The notes below the pieces were generated by a model that worked only from the letters and a program-made list of their open reading frames with translations, did no database searches and had not been told where the DNA came from. The translations under genes and the position numbers were made by a program. 64,000 nucleotides of DNA, taken from Devosia sp. (GTDB lineage: Bacteria; Pseudomonadota; Alphaproteobacteria; Rhizobiales; Devosiaceae). Position 1 is the stretch's first letter; every line of letters begins with the position of its first letter. Below are positions 28,095-37,248 of the stretch, in pieces. The stretch lies in NCBI GenBank assembly GCA_036675975.1, contig JAKFDU010000032.1, forward strand, positions 5 through 64,004, given 5' to 3'.

Positions 28095-28106
28095 TTCATA
28101 AATGAA
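28095..28106. promoter_or_regulatory. Palindrome TTCAT-AA-ATGAA, candidate IclR operator
   Basis: AT-rich divergent promoter region between the ABC operon and the IclR gene. Confidence 0.45.
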
Positions 28107-28201
28107 AGTGCGTTGCAAGAGCTAACATGTCAGTTCGGAACAGCACGAGCAGCCGATGGGTGACTGCAAAGGCTAACGGTGTGTTAGCGTTGGAGGGGAA
28201 A

Positions 28202-28966
28202 TTGGACGAGGATGCGAACGATCGCTATCGCGCGCCGGCGCTAGACAAGGGGCTCGATATTCTCGAGCTGCTGGCGCGCACGGATGACGGGCTGAGCCAG
28301 GCGGAAATCGCCAAGGCGCTCGACCGCTCGCCCAACGAAATCTACCGCATGCTCGACCGGCTGGTGCGTCGCGACTATGTGCGCCGCACGCCGGAAGACC
28401 GCTACGAAATCACGCTCAAGCTGTTCGAGCTGGCCCATGCCAAGCCGCCCATGCACCGACTGATCAGCCAGGCAACGCCAGTGCTGCGCAGCTTCTCGCT
28501 GCGGGCCGAGCAGGCGGTGCACCTGGTGGTGCAGGATCGCAATATCCTGGTTGTGGTCGCCCAGTTCGACGGGCCGGGCTACTGGAACGTTTCGATCCGC
28601 GTCGGCTCGCGCATCGGGCTGGTCAATACCGGCTCCGGCCATGTGTTCCTGGCGTTCGCGACGCCCGAGGAACGGACCATGATGCTGGAAGCGCAGGAGC
28701 TGGGGCGGCCGCAGAAAATGCCCAACGGGCTGGAGCCGCGACTGGCCGGCATCGCCGCCCAAGGCTATGAAAGCATGCCGAGCGCCCAGACCCCTGGTGT
28801 GTTCAACCTGTCGGTGCCGATTTTTGGTCCGATGGGCAGCGTGCTGGCGGTCATTACCTGCCCTTACACCCAGCGCCTGGACAAGTATGATGCGCCCAAC
28901 ATGCAGCAGGCTCTTGAGCTGCTGCAGGCCGCGGGCCAGGAGCTATCGCGGCGGACCAAGGAGTAA
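28202..28966 (+). CDS. IclR-family transcriptional regulator
   Basis: APALDKGLDILELL HTH, TGSGHVFLA, LSVPIF; TTG 28202 with GGAGGGG RBS. Confidence 0.88.
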   Translation: MDEDANDRYRAPALDKGLDILELLARTDDGLSQAEIAKALDRSPNEIYRMLDRLVRRDYVRRTPEDRYEITLKLFELAHAKPPMHRLISQATPVLRSFSLRAEQAVHLVVQDRNILVVVAQFDGPGYWNVSIRVGSRIGLVNTGSGHVFLAFATPEERTMMLEAQELGRPQKMPNGLEPRLAGIAAQGYESMPSAQTPGVFNLSVPIFGPMGSVLAVITCPYTQRLDKYDAPNMQQALELLQAAGQELSRRTKE

Positions 28967-28969
28967 ACT

Positions 28970-29797
28970 GTGCGCATCGTCGATACCCACCTGCACCTGA
29001 TCTACCCTGATCGCTTCAGCTATCCCTGGCTCGCCACCAAGCCGAAACTGAACTGGCAGCCCTGGACGCACGAGGCGTATTTTGCCGAGGCGGTGCCGCT
29101 GGGCATCGAATCGGCCCTGCATATGGAGGTCGATGTCGCCGAGGCTGACATCATGGGCGAAACCGAATTCGTGCTCGGCCTGCCGCGCATTGCCGGCGCC
29201 ATCGCAGCCTGCCGCCCGGAACACATGAATTTCGTCGACCAGATCGAGCATCTGTCCGATCATGCTCACGTCAAGGGTGTGCGCCGGATCCTCCATGAAT
29301 CCCCCGACGATCTCAGCCAGTCGGACCTGTTCATCGAGAATATCCGCCACCTGCCCGACTACGACCTGAGCTTCGATCTCTGCCTGCGCGACGACCAGTT
29401 GCATCTGGGCGTTGCCCTGGCGCAGCGGGCGCCCGATGTCACCTTCATCCTCGACCATTGCGGCAATCCCCTGCCCAATGGCGCAGGGCTCGACCCGTGG
29501 CGCGCCTCGATCACCGAGATCGCCCGCAATCCCAATGTCGTCGGCAAGATCTCGGGCCTCGTCAACCACTGCGATCCCGGCTGGACCGCGGCGACGCTCC
29601 GCCCCTATATCGAGCACATGATCGAGAGCTTCGGCTGGGACCGCGTGCTCTGGGGTTCGGACCACCCCGTCGCCACCGTCACCGGCGGCACCCTGACCGA
29701 CTGGGTCAATGCCACCAGGGAGGTCGTCGCGGGCGCCAGCCAGGACGAGCAGTCACGGTTGTTCCATCGCAATGCCGAGCGAATCTACAAGATATGA
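28970..29797 (+). CDS. Amidohydrolase-family sugar lactonase (L-fuconolactonase-like)
   Basis: VDTHLHL, KGVRRILH, ILDHCGNP, KISG, FGWDRVLWGSDHPV. Confidence 0.8.
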   Translation: MRIVDTHLHLIYPDRFSYPWLATKPKLNWQPWTHEAYFAEAVPLGIESALHMEVDVAEADIMGETEFVLGLPRIAGAIAACRPEHMNFVDQIEHLSDHAHVKGVRRILHESPDDLSQSDLFIENIRHLPDYDLSFDLCLRDDQLHLGVALAQRAPDVTFILDHCGNPLPNGAGLDPWRASITEIARNPNVVGKISGLVNHCDPGWTAATLRPYIEHMIESFGWDRVLWGSDHPVATVTGGTLTDWVNATREVVAGASQDEQSRLFHRNAERIYKI

Positions 29798-29826
29798 ATT
29801 ATCTATTTGCTAGCAAATGAAAGCAC

Positions 29827-29857
29827 GCCAGCAGCATGCCTTGGATCTGCTGCTGGC
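29827..29857. terminator. 10-bp stem-loop after the lactonase gene
   Basis: GCCAGCAGCA-N11-TGCTGCTGGC; no clear U tract. Confidence 0.35.
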
Positions 29858-29930
29858 ATGCCGGCAGATTTCTTGTCGGTTGCGCGCGGGGGCAACCCGT
29901 TGCACTGTCGGATGAAAGAGGAGAGCCCGA

Positions 29931-30764
29931 ATGGCCCGCATAGACCCCGACCGCATCGCCGTATCCACCTGGTCGCTGCACCGCCTGCTCGGCACGATCT
30001 ATCCGCACGACCTGACGACGTCGGACATCGGCCCGGAAACCGACACCTATGGCGAGGGCGAGGAATCGCTGCTCGGCCTGCCCTCGGTGCTGGCCAATCA
30101 CGGCTATCATCGCCTCGAGATCGTCTCGTTCCACCTGCGCAGCCGCGACCCGGTCTATCTGGGCGAGTTGCGCGACCAGCTCAAGATCTCCAATGTCCGG
30201 CTGCAGACGCTGCTGATCGATGCCGGCGACATCAGCCACCCCGAACATGGCGCCCGTGACACCGCCTGGGTCGCGAGCTGGATCGAGATCGCCAACGAAC
30301 TGGGGGCCGAGAATGCCCGCATCATCGCCGGCAAGCAGAAGCCGACCCGCGACGCGCTCGATCGCTCGGTCAAGGCGCTCAACACCCTCGCCGACGGCAA
30401 TGCCGGCTCGTCCGTGCGGCTGGTCACCGAGAACTGGTTCGACCTCTTGGCAGGGCCGGCGCATGTGCATTACCTGCTCGACAAGCTCGAGGGGCGCATT
30501 GGCCTGCTGGGTGATTTTGGCAATTGGGGCGGCGCCAACAAATATGCCGACCTCAAGTCGATCTTCGGCCGCGCCGAGTTGTGCCACGCCAAGGCGAGCT
30601 TCATCGATGGCGATCTCGACGAGGCTGACTATGGCGCCTGCATCACTCTGGCCGAAGAGGCCGGCTACAAGGGCCCCTATACACTGATCTTCGACAGCGA
30701 AATCCCCGGGGAATGGCATGGCCTGGCCACGGAACGGGACTTCATCACATCGCGCGATGTGTGA
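29931..30764 (+). CDS. Sugar phosphate isomerase/epimerase (AP endonuclease 2 TIM barrel) family
   Basis: VSTWSLHR, LVTENW, LLGDFGNW, HAK motifs; GAGGAG RBS. Confidence 0.72.
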   Translation: MARIDPDRIAVSTWSLHRLLGTIYPHDLTTSDIGPETDTYGEGEESLLGLPSVLANHGYHRLEIVSFHLRSRDPVYLGELRDQLKISNVRLQTLLIDAGDISHPEHGARDTAWVASWIEIANELGAENARIIAGKQKPTRDALDRSVKALNTLADGNAGSSVRLVTENWFDLLAGPAHVHYLLDKLEGRIGLLGDFGNWGGANKYADLKSIFGRAELCHAKASFIDGDLDEADYGACITLAEEAGYKGPYTLIFDSEIPGEWHGLATERDFITSRDV

Positions 30765-30840
30765 CGGGTCTTAAGCCAGTTATTAAGGGACTGTAACGCA
30801 CACTGGGTGAATGCGCGCCCGCACGCCCAAATCTGCTCCG

Positions 30841-32529
30841 ATGAAGATGCCCCGCTTCGAGCCGGTGGGCTCGATGCTGGCCCAGATTGTCGACAGCGCG
30901 CCCGTGGGCATGGTCGTGGCCGACATGGATGGCCGCATGGTCTATGCCAATGCAGCTTTCGCCGCACTGCTGGGACGTGGCGTCGACGATGCGGATGCCG
31001 ACCTCTTCGCGTTGATTCACCCCGATGACAGCGCTGCGGCCCGGCAGCGGCTGACGCTGCTGATGCGGGGCGAGGCAAACGACTACCGAGGCGAACACCG
31101 GTTCCGGCATGCCGACGGCATGCCGCTCTGCGTGATGGTCGCGGCCTCGGTGCTGCGCTCGGACAGCGGCGAGCCGGCCTATCTGATTACCCAGCTCACC
31201 AGCATCGAGCGGCAGAAGAAGGCCGAAGAAGCGCTGGCACATTCGGAAAGCCGCTGGAATTTTGCGCTGGAAAGTGCGCGGCAGGGCGTGTGGGACCACG
31301 ATATCCGCACCGACACCATGTTCTACTCGCGCATGTGGCGTATCATGCGCGGCATTCCGCCCGATGAGGAAGTGGATGGCGACCAGCAGAAATGGTTCGC
31401 TCGCATCCATCCTGACGACCTGCAGCATGTGATGGACAATGTGGACCGGCAGGACAAGGGCGACGCCAGTTTCGACGCGCTCGAATACCGCGAGCGCAAG
31501 CGCGACGGCAGCTATGTGTGGATCCTCAGCCGCGGCAAGCCAGTGGAATGGGACGAGCATGGCAACCCGGTGCGTACGCTGGGCACCGATACCGACATCA
31601 CCGGCCTCAAGACCATCGAATTCGAGCTGGCGGCGGAGAAAGAACGCCTGCGCGTCACGCTCGACGCCATCGCCGACGGCATGATCTCCACCGATCAGAA
31701 TGGCCGCGTCGTGCTGATGAATCCGGCGGCCGAGCAATTGACCGGCTATGGCTCGGCGGAGGCCCTTGGCCGGGAGGTCCGCTCGATCTTCACCCTGCGG
31801 GACGGGCTCACGGGCGACATGCAGGAATGCCCGGTCGCCATATGCCTCGCCACCGACCAGCCAGCGCACCTCGATGACGACATGATCCTGGTCAGCCGCA
31901 ATGGCCTGGAACGCGACATCCGCTGCACGGCGGCACCCGTGCGCACGCCATCAGGCAAGCTCAGCGGCGCCGTGCTGGTGTTCCAGGACGTGACGCAGAG
32001 CCGCACCATGCAACGCGAATTGGCCCATTCGGCCACGCATGACGACCTGACGGGCCTGCCCAACCGGGCGGCGTTCGAGCGGGTCCTCAACGGCGCGATC
32101 GCCTCGGCGCGCGACGGCAGCCGACGTCATTGCCTGCTCTATATCGATCTCGACCGCTTCAAGCCGGTCAATGACAATGCCGGCCACGCCGCCGGCGACG
32201 CCCTGCTCAAGCAGGTGGCACAGACCATTCGCGGCTCCTGCCGCAGCCACGACGTGGCCGCCCGCATCGGCGGCGACGAGTTCGCGGTGCTGTTGACCGA
32301 TTGCCCGCTCGAAGGGGGCCAGCGCATCGCCGACAAGATCGTGCGAGCCATCGCCGCCCTGGCCTTCGGCTGGGCCGGACGCACCTATCACATCGGCGCC
32401 AGCGTCGGCTTGACGATGGTCACCAACCAACCCGCCTCCCCGCTCGGCTTCATGGGCGAAGCCGACGCCGCCTGCTACGCCGCCAAAGGCCGCGGCCGCG
32501 GGCTGGCGGTGGCGTTCGGGGATTTGTAG
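30841..32529 (+). CDS. PAS-PAS-PAS-GGDEF diguanylate cyclase
   Basis: Three PAS/PAC repeats, HDDLTGLPNR, DLDRFKPVND, RSHD I-site and GGDEF; no EAL domain. Confidence 0.9.
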   Translation: MKMPRFEPVGSMLAQIVDSAPVGMVVADMDGRMVYANAAFAALLGRGVDDADADLFALIHPDDSAAARQRLTLLMRGEANDYRGEHRFRHADGMPLCVMVAASVLRSDSGEPAYLITQLTSIERQKKAEEALAHSESRWNFALESARQGVWDHDIRTDTMFYSRMWRIMRGIPPDEEVDGDQQKWFARIHPDDLQHVMDNVDRQDKGDASFDALEYRERKRDGSYVWILSRGKPVEWDEHGNPVRTLGTDTDITGLKTIEFELAAEKERLRVTLDAIADGMISTDQNGRVVLMNPAAEQLTGYGSAEALGREVRSIFTLRDGLTGDMQECPVAICLATDQPAHLDDDMILVSRNGLERDIRCTAAPVRTPSGKLSGAVLVFQDVTQSRTMQRELAHSATHDDLTGLPNRAAFERVLNGAIASARDGSRRHCLLYIDLDRFKPVNDNAGHAAGDALLKQVAQTIRGSCRSHDVAARIGGDEFAVLLTDCPLEGGQRIADKIVRAIAALAFGWAGRTYHIGASVGLTMVTNQPASPLGFMGEADAACYAAKGRGRGLAVAFGDL

Positions 32530-32557
32530 CGGGCGCTTTGGTGTCCGGTGCGTGACT

Positions 32558-32680
32558 CACCCCCCTCATACCCCCCAAGAGGGAGGGAGGCGCATGACAG
32601 CATTCCGAGTTTCGCTGGACATCGCCTCGGTCACCAGACGGCTTCCCTCCCCCTTATGGGGAGGGTGTCAGGGTGGGGGT
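32558..32680. repeat. CCCTCCCC...GGGAGGG-type palindromic doublet
   Basis: CACCCCCCTCATACCCCCCAAGAGGGAGGGAGG ... CCCTCCCCCTTATGGGGAGGGTGTCAGGGTGGGGG between convergent genes. Confidence 0.7.
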
Positions 32681-32753
32681 TGGTCGAGCAGGCTCGGAGT
32701 TCCCGTCAACACCCATCGATATTGCGGATACCCAGAAACTCACCTCCGCCCCC

Positions 32754-34133
32754 TTAAACCAGCGGCTTCAGGTCCGCCAATAGTGTCGGGATCAGTTCGG
32801 TCACGGTGGGGTGGATGTGCATGGTGTGCATCATGGTCGTATAGGGCGTGCCCGCGGCCATCAGCTGCAGTAGGGACTGCACCACTTCGTCGCCGCCAAT
32901 GCCCAGGATGGCGGCGCCCAGGATTTGCCTGGTCTTGGCATCGACCAGCACTTTCATCAGGCCCTGGGTCTCGCCCCGCTCCTTGGCGCGGCTGACGCGG
33001 GACATGGGCATGATCGCCATCAGCGCCTTGCGACCGGATGTGCGAACCTCGGCCTCGCTCATGCCGACGCGGCCCAGTGGCGGGTCGATGAACAGGCCAT
33101 AGACCGGGATACGGCCGGCCAGCGAGCGCTTGCCGCTGCCCAGCACATTGTCCGCAACGATCTCGAACTCGTTGTAGGAGGTGTGGGTGAAGGCGCCCCG
33201 TCCGTTGACGTCGCCCATGGCCCAGATGCCGTCCACCTTGGTGCGCAGCCTGTCGTCGACCGGGATGAATCCGTGCTCGTCGACATCGAGGCCCGCGGCG
33301 CCCAGGTTCAGCGCCGCCGTATTGGGCTTGCGGCCCAGCGCCACCAGCAGGTGGGTCCCCTCCACCGACGCCAGCCGCTTCCCCGATTTCAGCGACAGCA
33401 GCACGCCATGCCCGGCCTTGGCCACCGCCTCGACCGTGGTGCCGAACATGAAGGTGACGCCCTCGGTTTCGAGGATATCCTTGATGGCTGCCGAAATGTC
33501 GGGGTCCTCGCGCGAGGCGGGGCGCGCACCGCGTTCGATCACTGTGACCTTGGAGCCGAAGCGCGCATACATCTGCGCGAATTCGAGCCCGACATAGCTG
33601 GCGCCGACAATGATCAGATGCCCGGGCAGGGAATCCAGGTTCATCATCGAGGTGTTGGTGAGGTGCGGCACGGACTTGATGCCCGGCCAATCGGGCACGC
33701 TGGCAGTGGCACCAGTGTTGATGAATATCTGCGGCGCGGTCAGCACCCGCTTGCCGACCTTGACCTCAGTGGGGGAAACGAAGCTGCCCTCACCCTTGAA
33801 GTATTTGAGCGTCCTGAGGCCACCCAGCCAATCGGTGAGGCCATTGACGGAGGCCGCCACCACCTTGTCCTTGCGGGCCTTGACCGCCGCCATATCGACG
33901 GTCACCGGACCCTTCAGCACCACCCCGAACTGGGCGGCGTGGCGGGCGCTCCAGGCCGCGCGGGCGCTGGCCACCATGGTCTTGGTGGGCGTGCAACCAT
34001 CATTGACGCAGGTGCCGCCCAGATGGTCTCGCTCGATCAGCGCCACCGTCCGGCCTGCATCGGCAAGCCGGGCGGCCAGGAAGGGGCCAGACTGGCCGGC
34101 GCCGATAATGATGGCATCGAACTGTTCCGGCAT
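32754..34133 (-). CDS. Flavoprotein disulfide reductase (RclA/MerA-like, lacking the C-terminal Cys pair)
   Basis: GAGQSG, redox disulfide CVNDGC, C-terminal HIHPTVTE. Confidence 0.85.
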   Translation of the reverse strand: MPEQFDAIIIGAGQSGPFLAARLADAGRTVALIERDHLGGTCVNDGCTPTKTMVASARAAWSARHAAQFGVVLKGPVTVDMAAVKARKDKVVAASVNGLTDWLGGLRTLKYFKGEGSFVSPTEVKVGKRVLTAPQIFINTGATASVPDWPGIKSVPHLTNTSMMNLDSLPGHLIIVGASYVGLEFAQMYARFGSKVTVIERGARPASREDPDISAAIKDILETEGVTFMFGTTVEAVAKAGHGVLLSLKSGKRLASVEGTHLLVALGRKPNTAALNLGAAGLDVDEHGFIPVDDRLRTKVDGIWAMGDVNGRGAFTHTSYNEFEIVADNVLGSGKRSLAGRIPVYGLFIDPPLGRVGMSEAEVRTSGRKALMAIMPMSRVSRAKERGETQGLMKVLVDAKTRQILGAAILGIGGDEVVQSLLQLMAAGTPYTTMMHTMHIHPTVTELIPTLLADLKPLV

Positions 34134-34244
34134 TTTACCCCCAAATCGGCTGCAAGTTTATGGCGGCTGAAGCACGTGCGCCAGTGGGACGTTGGGCATA
34201 ACGCCCCTGTGCACGAGGCGCTGCGTTCTCCTGTGGGAGGAGGC

Positions 34245-35660
34245 CTAGGGAACCTGTGCGATGGGCGTGGTGCGTGGCATGCGGTTCCAGGCGTCGAGCG
34301 CGGCGATCTTGTAGGCCTCGGCGAGCGTCGGATAATTGAAGGCGTTCTCGACGAAATAATCGAGGGTGCCGCCCAGATTGAGCACGGCCTGGCCGATATG
34401 GATCAGCTCGGTGGCGCCCTCGCCCACGATGTGGACGCCGAGGAGTTTCCGTGTCTCGAGCGAGAAGATCATTTTCATCATGCCCGACTGCAGGCCCATG
34501 ATGTGCCCGCGCGAGGTTTCGCGGAACCGCGCAATGCCGGCCTCATAGGCGATGCCCTGCTCGCGCACCTGCGCCTCGGTGAGGCCGACGGTGGAAATTT
34601 CGGGCACGGCATAGATGCCATAGGGGAAGAATTCGGGGGCCGGCGGCATGGCTGCGCCACAGGCGTGAAGGGCGGCGATGCGGCCTTGCTCCATCGAGGT
34701 GGAGGCCAGCGAGGGCCAACCGATGACGTCGCCGGCGGCGTAGATATTGCGCACCGAGGTCTGGAACGTTACCGGATCGACCTTGAGGCGACCGCGATCG
34801 ACAGGTTCGATGCCGCAGGTTTCAAGGCCCAGATTGGCTGTCGCCCCCGAGCGGCCGGCGGCATAGAGCAGCATGTCGCTGCGCAGGCGCCGGCCATCGG
34901 TCAGCACGGAAACGGCCCAGCCCTGTTCGTCGAGCTCCACCTTTTCGACCTTGGCGCCCAGGCGGATGGTCACGCCGCGATTGCGCAGATCGTGGATGAA
35001 TTCCTCGATAATCTCGCGATCGATGAAATCGAGAATGGTCTCCTTGGGCTCGACGATGGTGACGGGCACATCGAGCGCCGAGAAGATGGTGGCGTATTCG
35101 ATGCCGATGACGCCGGCGCCGACCACGGTGAGGCTGCGCGGCACGCGCGGCTCGGAGACCAGGCTGTCGCTATCGACCACGGAATGGTCGTTGAACGGGA
35201 TGTTGGCGGGGCGATAGGGCGTGGTGCCGACGGCGATGACGGCGTGATCGAAGCTGAATTTGACCTCGTCGCCATCGGGGGGCAGCACGGCGACATGATC
35301 GGTATCGAGAAAGCGGGCCACGCCGCCGAAGGTGCGCACGCCATTGCGGGCGAACTGGTGTTCGAGCACCTCGATCTCGTGATCGAGCGTCATGCGCAGG
35401 CGGGCGCCGAGGTCCTTGCCCTCGATGTCCTTCTTGACGCGATAGGCAAGGCCGTAAAAGCCGCGTTCGCGCCAGCCGGAGAGATTGAGTACCGTCTCGC
35501 GCAGCGTCTTGGACGGGATGGTACCGGTATGGACCGATACGCCGCCCAGACGCAGCCGGTTTTCCACCACCAGGACCGACTTGCCCAGCTTGGCCGCCTG
35601 CACGGCCGCTCGCCGCCCTGCCGGACCGCTGCCGATGACGATGACGTTGAAATGTTCCAA
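34245..35660 (-). CDS. sthA: Soluble pyridine nucleotide transhydrogenase
   Basis: [23 protein letters not shown] (no redox Cys pair), [24 protein letters not shown]; TTG 35660 with GGGAG RBS. Confidence 0.9.
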   Translation of the reverse strand: MEHFNVIVIGSGPAGRRAAVQAAKLGKSVLVVENRLRLGGVSVHTGTIPSKTLRETVLNLSGWRERGFYGLAYRVKKDIEGKDLGARLRMTLDHEIEVLEHQFARNGVRTFGGVARFLDTDHVAVLPPDGDEVKFSFDHAVIAVGTTPYRPANIPFNDHSVVDSDSLVSEPRVPRSLTVVGAGVIGIEYATIFSALDVPVTIVEPKETILDFIDREIIEEFIHDLRNRGVTIRLGAKVEKVELDEQGWAVSVLTDGRRLRSDMLLYAAGRSGATANLGLETCGIEPVDRGRLKVDPVTFQTSVRNIYAAGDVIGWPSLASTSMEQGRIAALHACGAAMPPAPEFFPYGIYAVPEISTVGLTEAQVREQGIAYEAGIARFRETSRGHIMGLQSGMMKMIFSLETRKLLGVHIVGEGATELIHIGQAVLNLGGTLDYFVENAFNYPTLAEAYKIAALDAWNRMPRTTPIAQVP

Positions 35661-35763
35661 GACCGGCTCCCGACTCGCTGATGGCGAACGCCTACCGGGC
35701 GAGTGTGACACTGCCGTTGCAAACGATGCAATCGGGGCGGCGGCAAGGCTGGGTTGCTGGCGA

Positions 35764-35791
35764 TTGACACTGTGGCGCTCGCCGCTATGGT
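35764..35791 (+). promoter_or_regulatory. sigma70-type promoter of dapD
   Basis: TTGACA-N16-TATGGT, 30 nt upstream of ATG 35821. Confidence 0.5.
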
Positions 35792-35820
35792 CCGCACCGC
35801 AATTCCCGGGGAACCATGCC

Positions 35821-36663
35821 ATGTCCTATGCCGATCTCGCCAAGACCATCGATGAGGCCTTCGAGGCGCGTGCCGACATCAAGTTCACGACGCAGGGACC
35901 GGTGCGCGAGGCCGTGGAGGAGGCGCTGCGCCTGCTCGACACGGGCAAGCTGCGGGTAGCCGAGAAGGTGGATGGCGCCTGGCAGGTCAACCAGTGGCTC
36001 AAGAAGGCGGTGCTGCTCAACTTCCGGCTCAACGACAACAAGCTGATCGAGGGCGCCCCGGGCGGCTCGCACTACTGGGACAAGGTGCCGACCAAGTTCG
36101 AGGGCTGGAGCGAGAACACGTTCCGCGAGGCCGGCTTCCGCGCCGTGCCAGGCGCCGTGGTGCGCAGCCCGGCCTTTATCGGGCGCAATGTCGTGCTGAT
36201 GCCCAGCTTCGTCAATGTCGGCGCCTATGTCGACGAGGGCACGATGGTGGATACCTGGGTCACGGTCGGCTCCTGTGCGCAGATCGGCAAGAACGTGCAT
36301 ATTTCGGGTGGCGTCGGCATTGGCGGCGTGCTCGAACCGCTGCAGGCGGGACCCGTGATCATCGAGGACAACTGCTTCATCGGCGCGCGCTCGGAAGTCG
36401 TTGAGGGCGTGGTGGTTGGCGAAGGCTCGGTCATTTCGATGGGCGTGTTCATCGGCGCCTCGACCAAGATCGTCGACCGCAATACCGGGGAAATCCATAT
36501 CGGCAAGGTGCCGCCTTATTCGGTGGTGGTGTCGGGAAGCCTCCCCGGCAAGCCGCTACCCAATGGCAATCCCGGACCGAACCTTTATTGCGCCGTGATC
36601 GTCAAAACTGTCGATGCGCAGACCCGCAGCAAGACCGGGATCAACGAATTGCTGCGCGACTGA
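35821..36663 (+). CDS. dapD: Tetrahydrodipicolinate N-succinyltransferase
   Basis: [44 protein letters not shown] hexapeptide repeats. Confidence 0.97.
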   Translation: MSYADLAKTIDEAFEARADIKFTTQGPVREAVEEALRLLDTGKLRVAEKVDGAWQVNQWLKKAVLLNFRLNDNKLIEGAPGGSHYWDKVPTKFEGWSENTFREAGFRAVPGAVVRSPAFIGRNVVLMPSFVNVGAYVDEGTMVDTWVTVGSCAQIGKNVHISGGVGIGGVLEPLQAGPVIIEDNCFIGARSEVVEGVVVGEGSVISMGVFIGASTKIVDRNTGEIHIGKVPPYSVVVSGSLPGKPLPNGNPGPNLYCAVIVKTVDAQTRSKTGINELLRD

Positions 36664-36747
36664 GGCAGACTGGCGGGATTTCCGCGATTCACCTAGAGTG
36701 GAGGCGCCGGAGGGCTTCCGGTTGGCTGATTTCCGAGGGGGAAGATC

Positions 36748-37227
36748 ATGGACACGCTTATTCCACTTTTCACGACAACTGACGGCCGCATCTCGCGCAA
36801 GCAATGGTGGACAGGCACGGTTGTGCTGATCGTCATCAACATCGCGCTCTATCTCATCCTGAGCCTGATCGGTCTGGGTGGCCTCTTGGGCTGGCTCTCG
36901 CTGATTATCTACGCCATCTACTTCTACCCGGCCTGGTGCATCGGCCTGAAGCGTCGTCAGGACCGCGACAATAACGGCATGGATTTCAAAATCATGATGG
37001 GCATCTACGCCGTGCTCACGATCGCGCAGGCGCTTGGCATCGGCATGTCGCCGACCGACCTGGGCAATGGCATGGTGGTGATGGCTCCAGCCGGCTGGAT
37101 GATGTTCGTGCAGTTTGCCGTGGGCATCTTTGGCATCTACATGCTGGTGCAGCTCGGTTTCCTCAAAGGGACTCCCGGCCCGAACAGCTACGGCGCTGAT
37201 CCGCTGGGCCATGCCGTAACAGCCTGA
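36748..37227 (+). CDS. DUF805 membrane protein
   Basis: GRISRKQWW, KRxxDR, GTPGPNSYGADP motifs. Confidence 0.85.
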   Translation: MDTLIPLFTTTDGRISRKQWWTGTVVLIVINIALYLILSLIGLGGLLGWLSLIIYAIYFYPAWCIGLKRRQDRDNNGMDFKIMMGIYAVLTIAQALGIGMSPTDLGNGMVVMAPAGWMMFVQFAVGIFGIYMLVQLGFLKGTPGPNSYGADPLGHAVTA

Positions 37228-37248
37228 ACCTAAGGACGGGATCGCTTC

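Noticed and set aside
32754-34133. Mercuric reductase (merA) call
   Set aside because: No C-terminal Cys-Cys, no NmerA domain and no mer operon genes.
32925-35681. 918-aa plus-strand ORF and similar long shadow ORFs (19057-21054, 16413-18230, 10364-11893, 4551-5837)
   Set aside because: They mirror well-supported genes on the opposite strand and show no motifs; typical GC3 artefacts.
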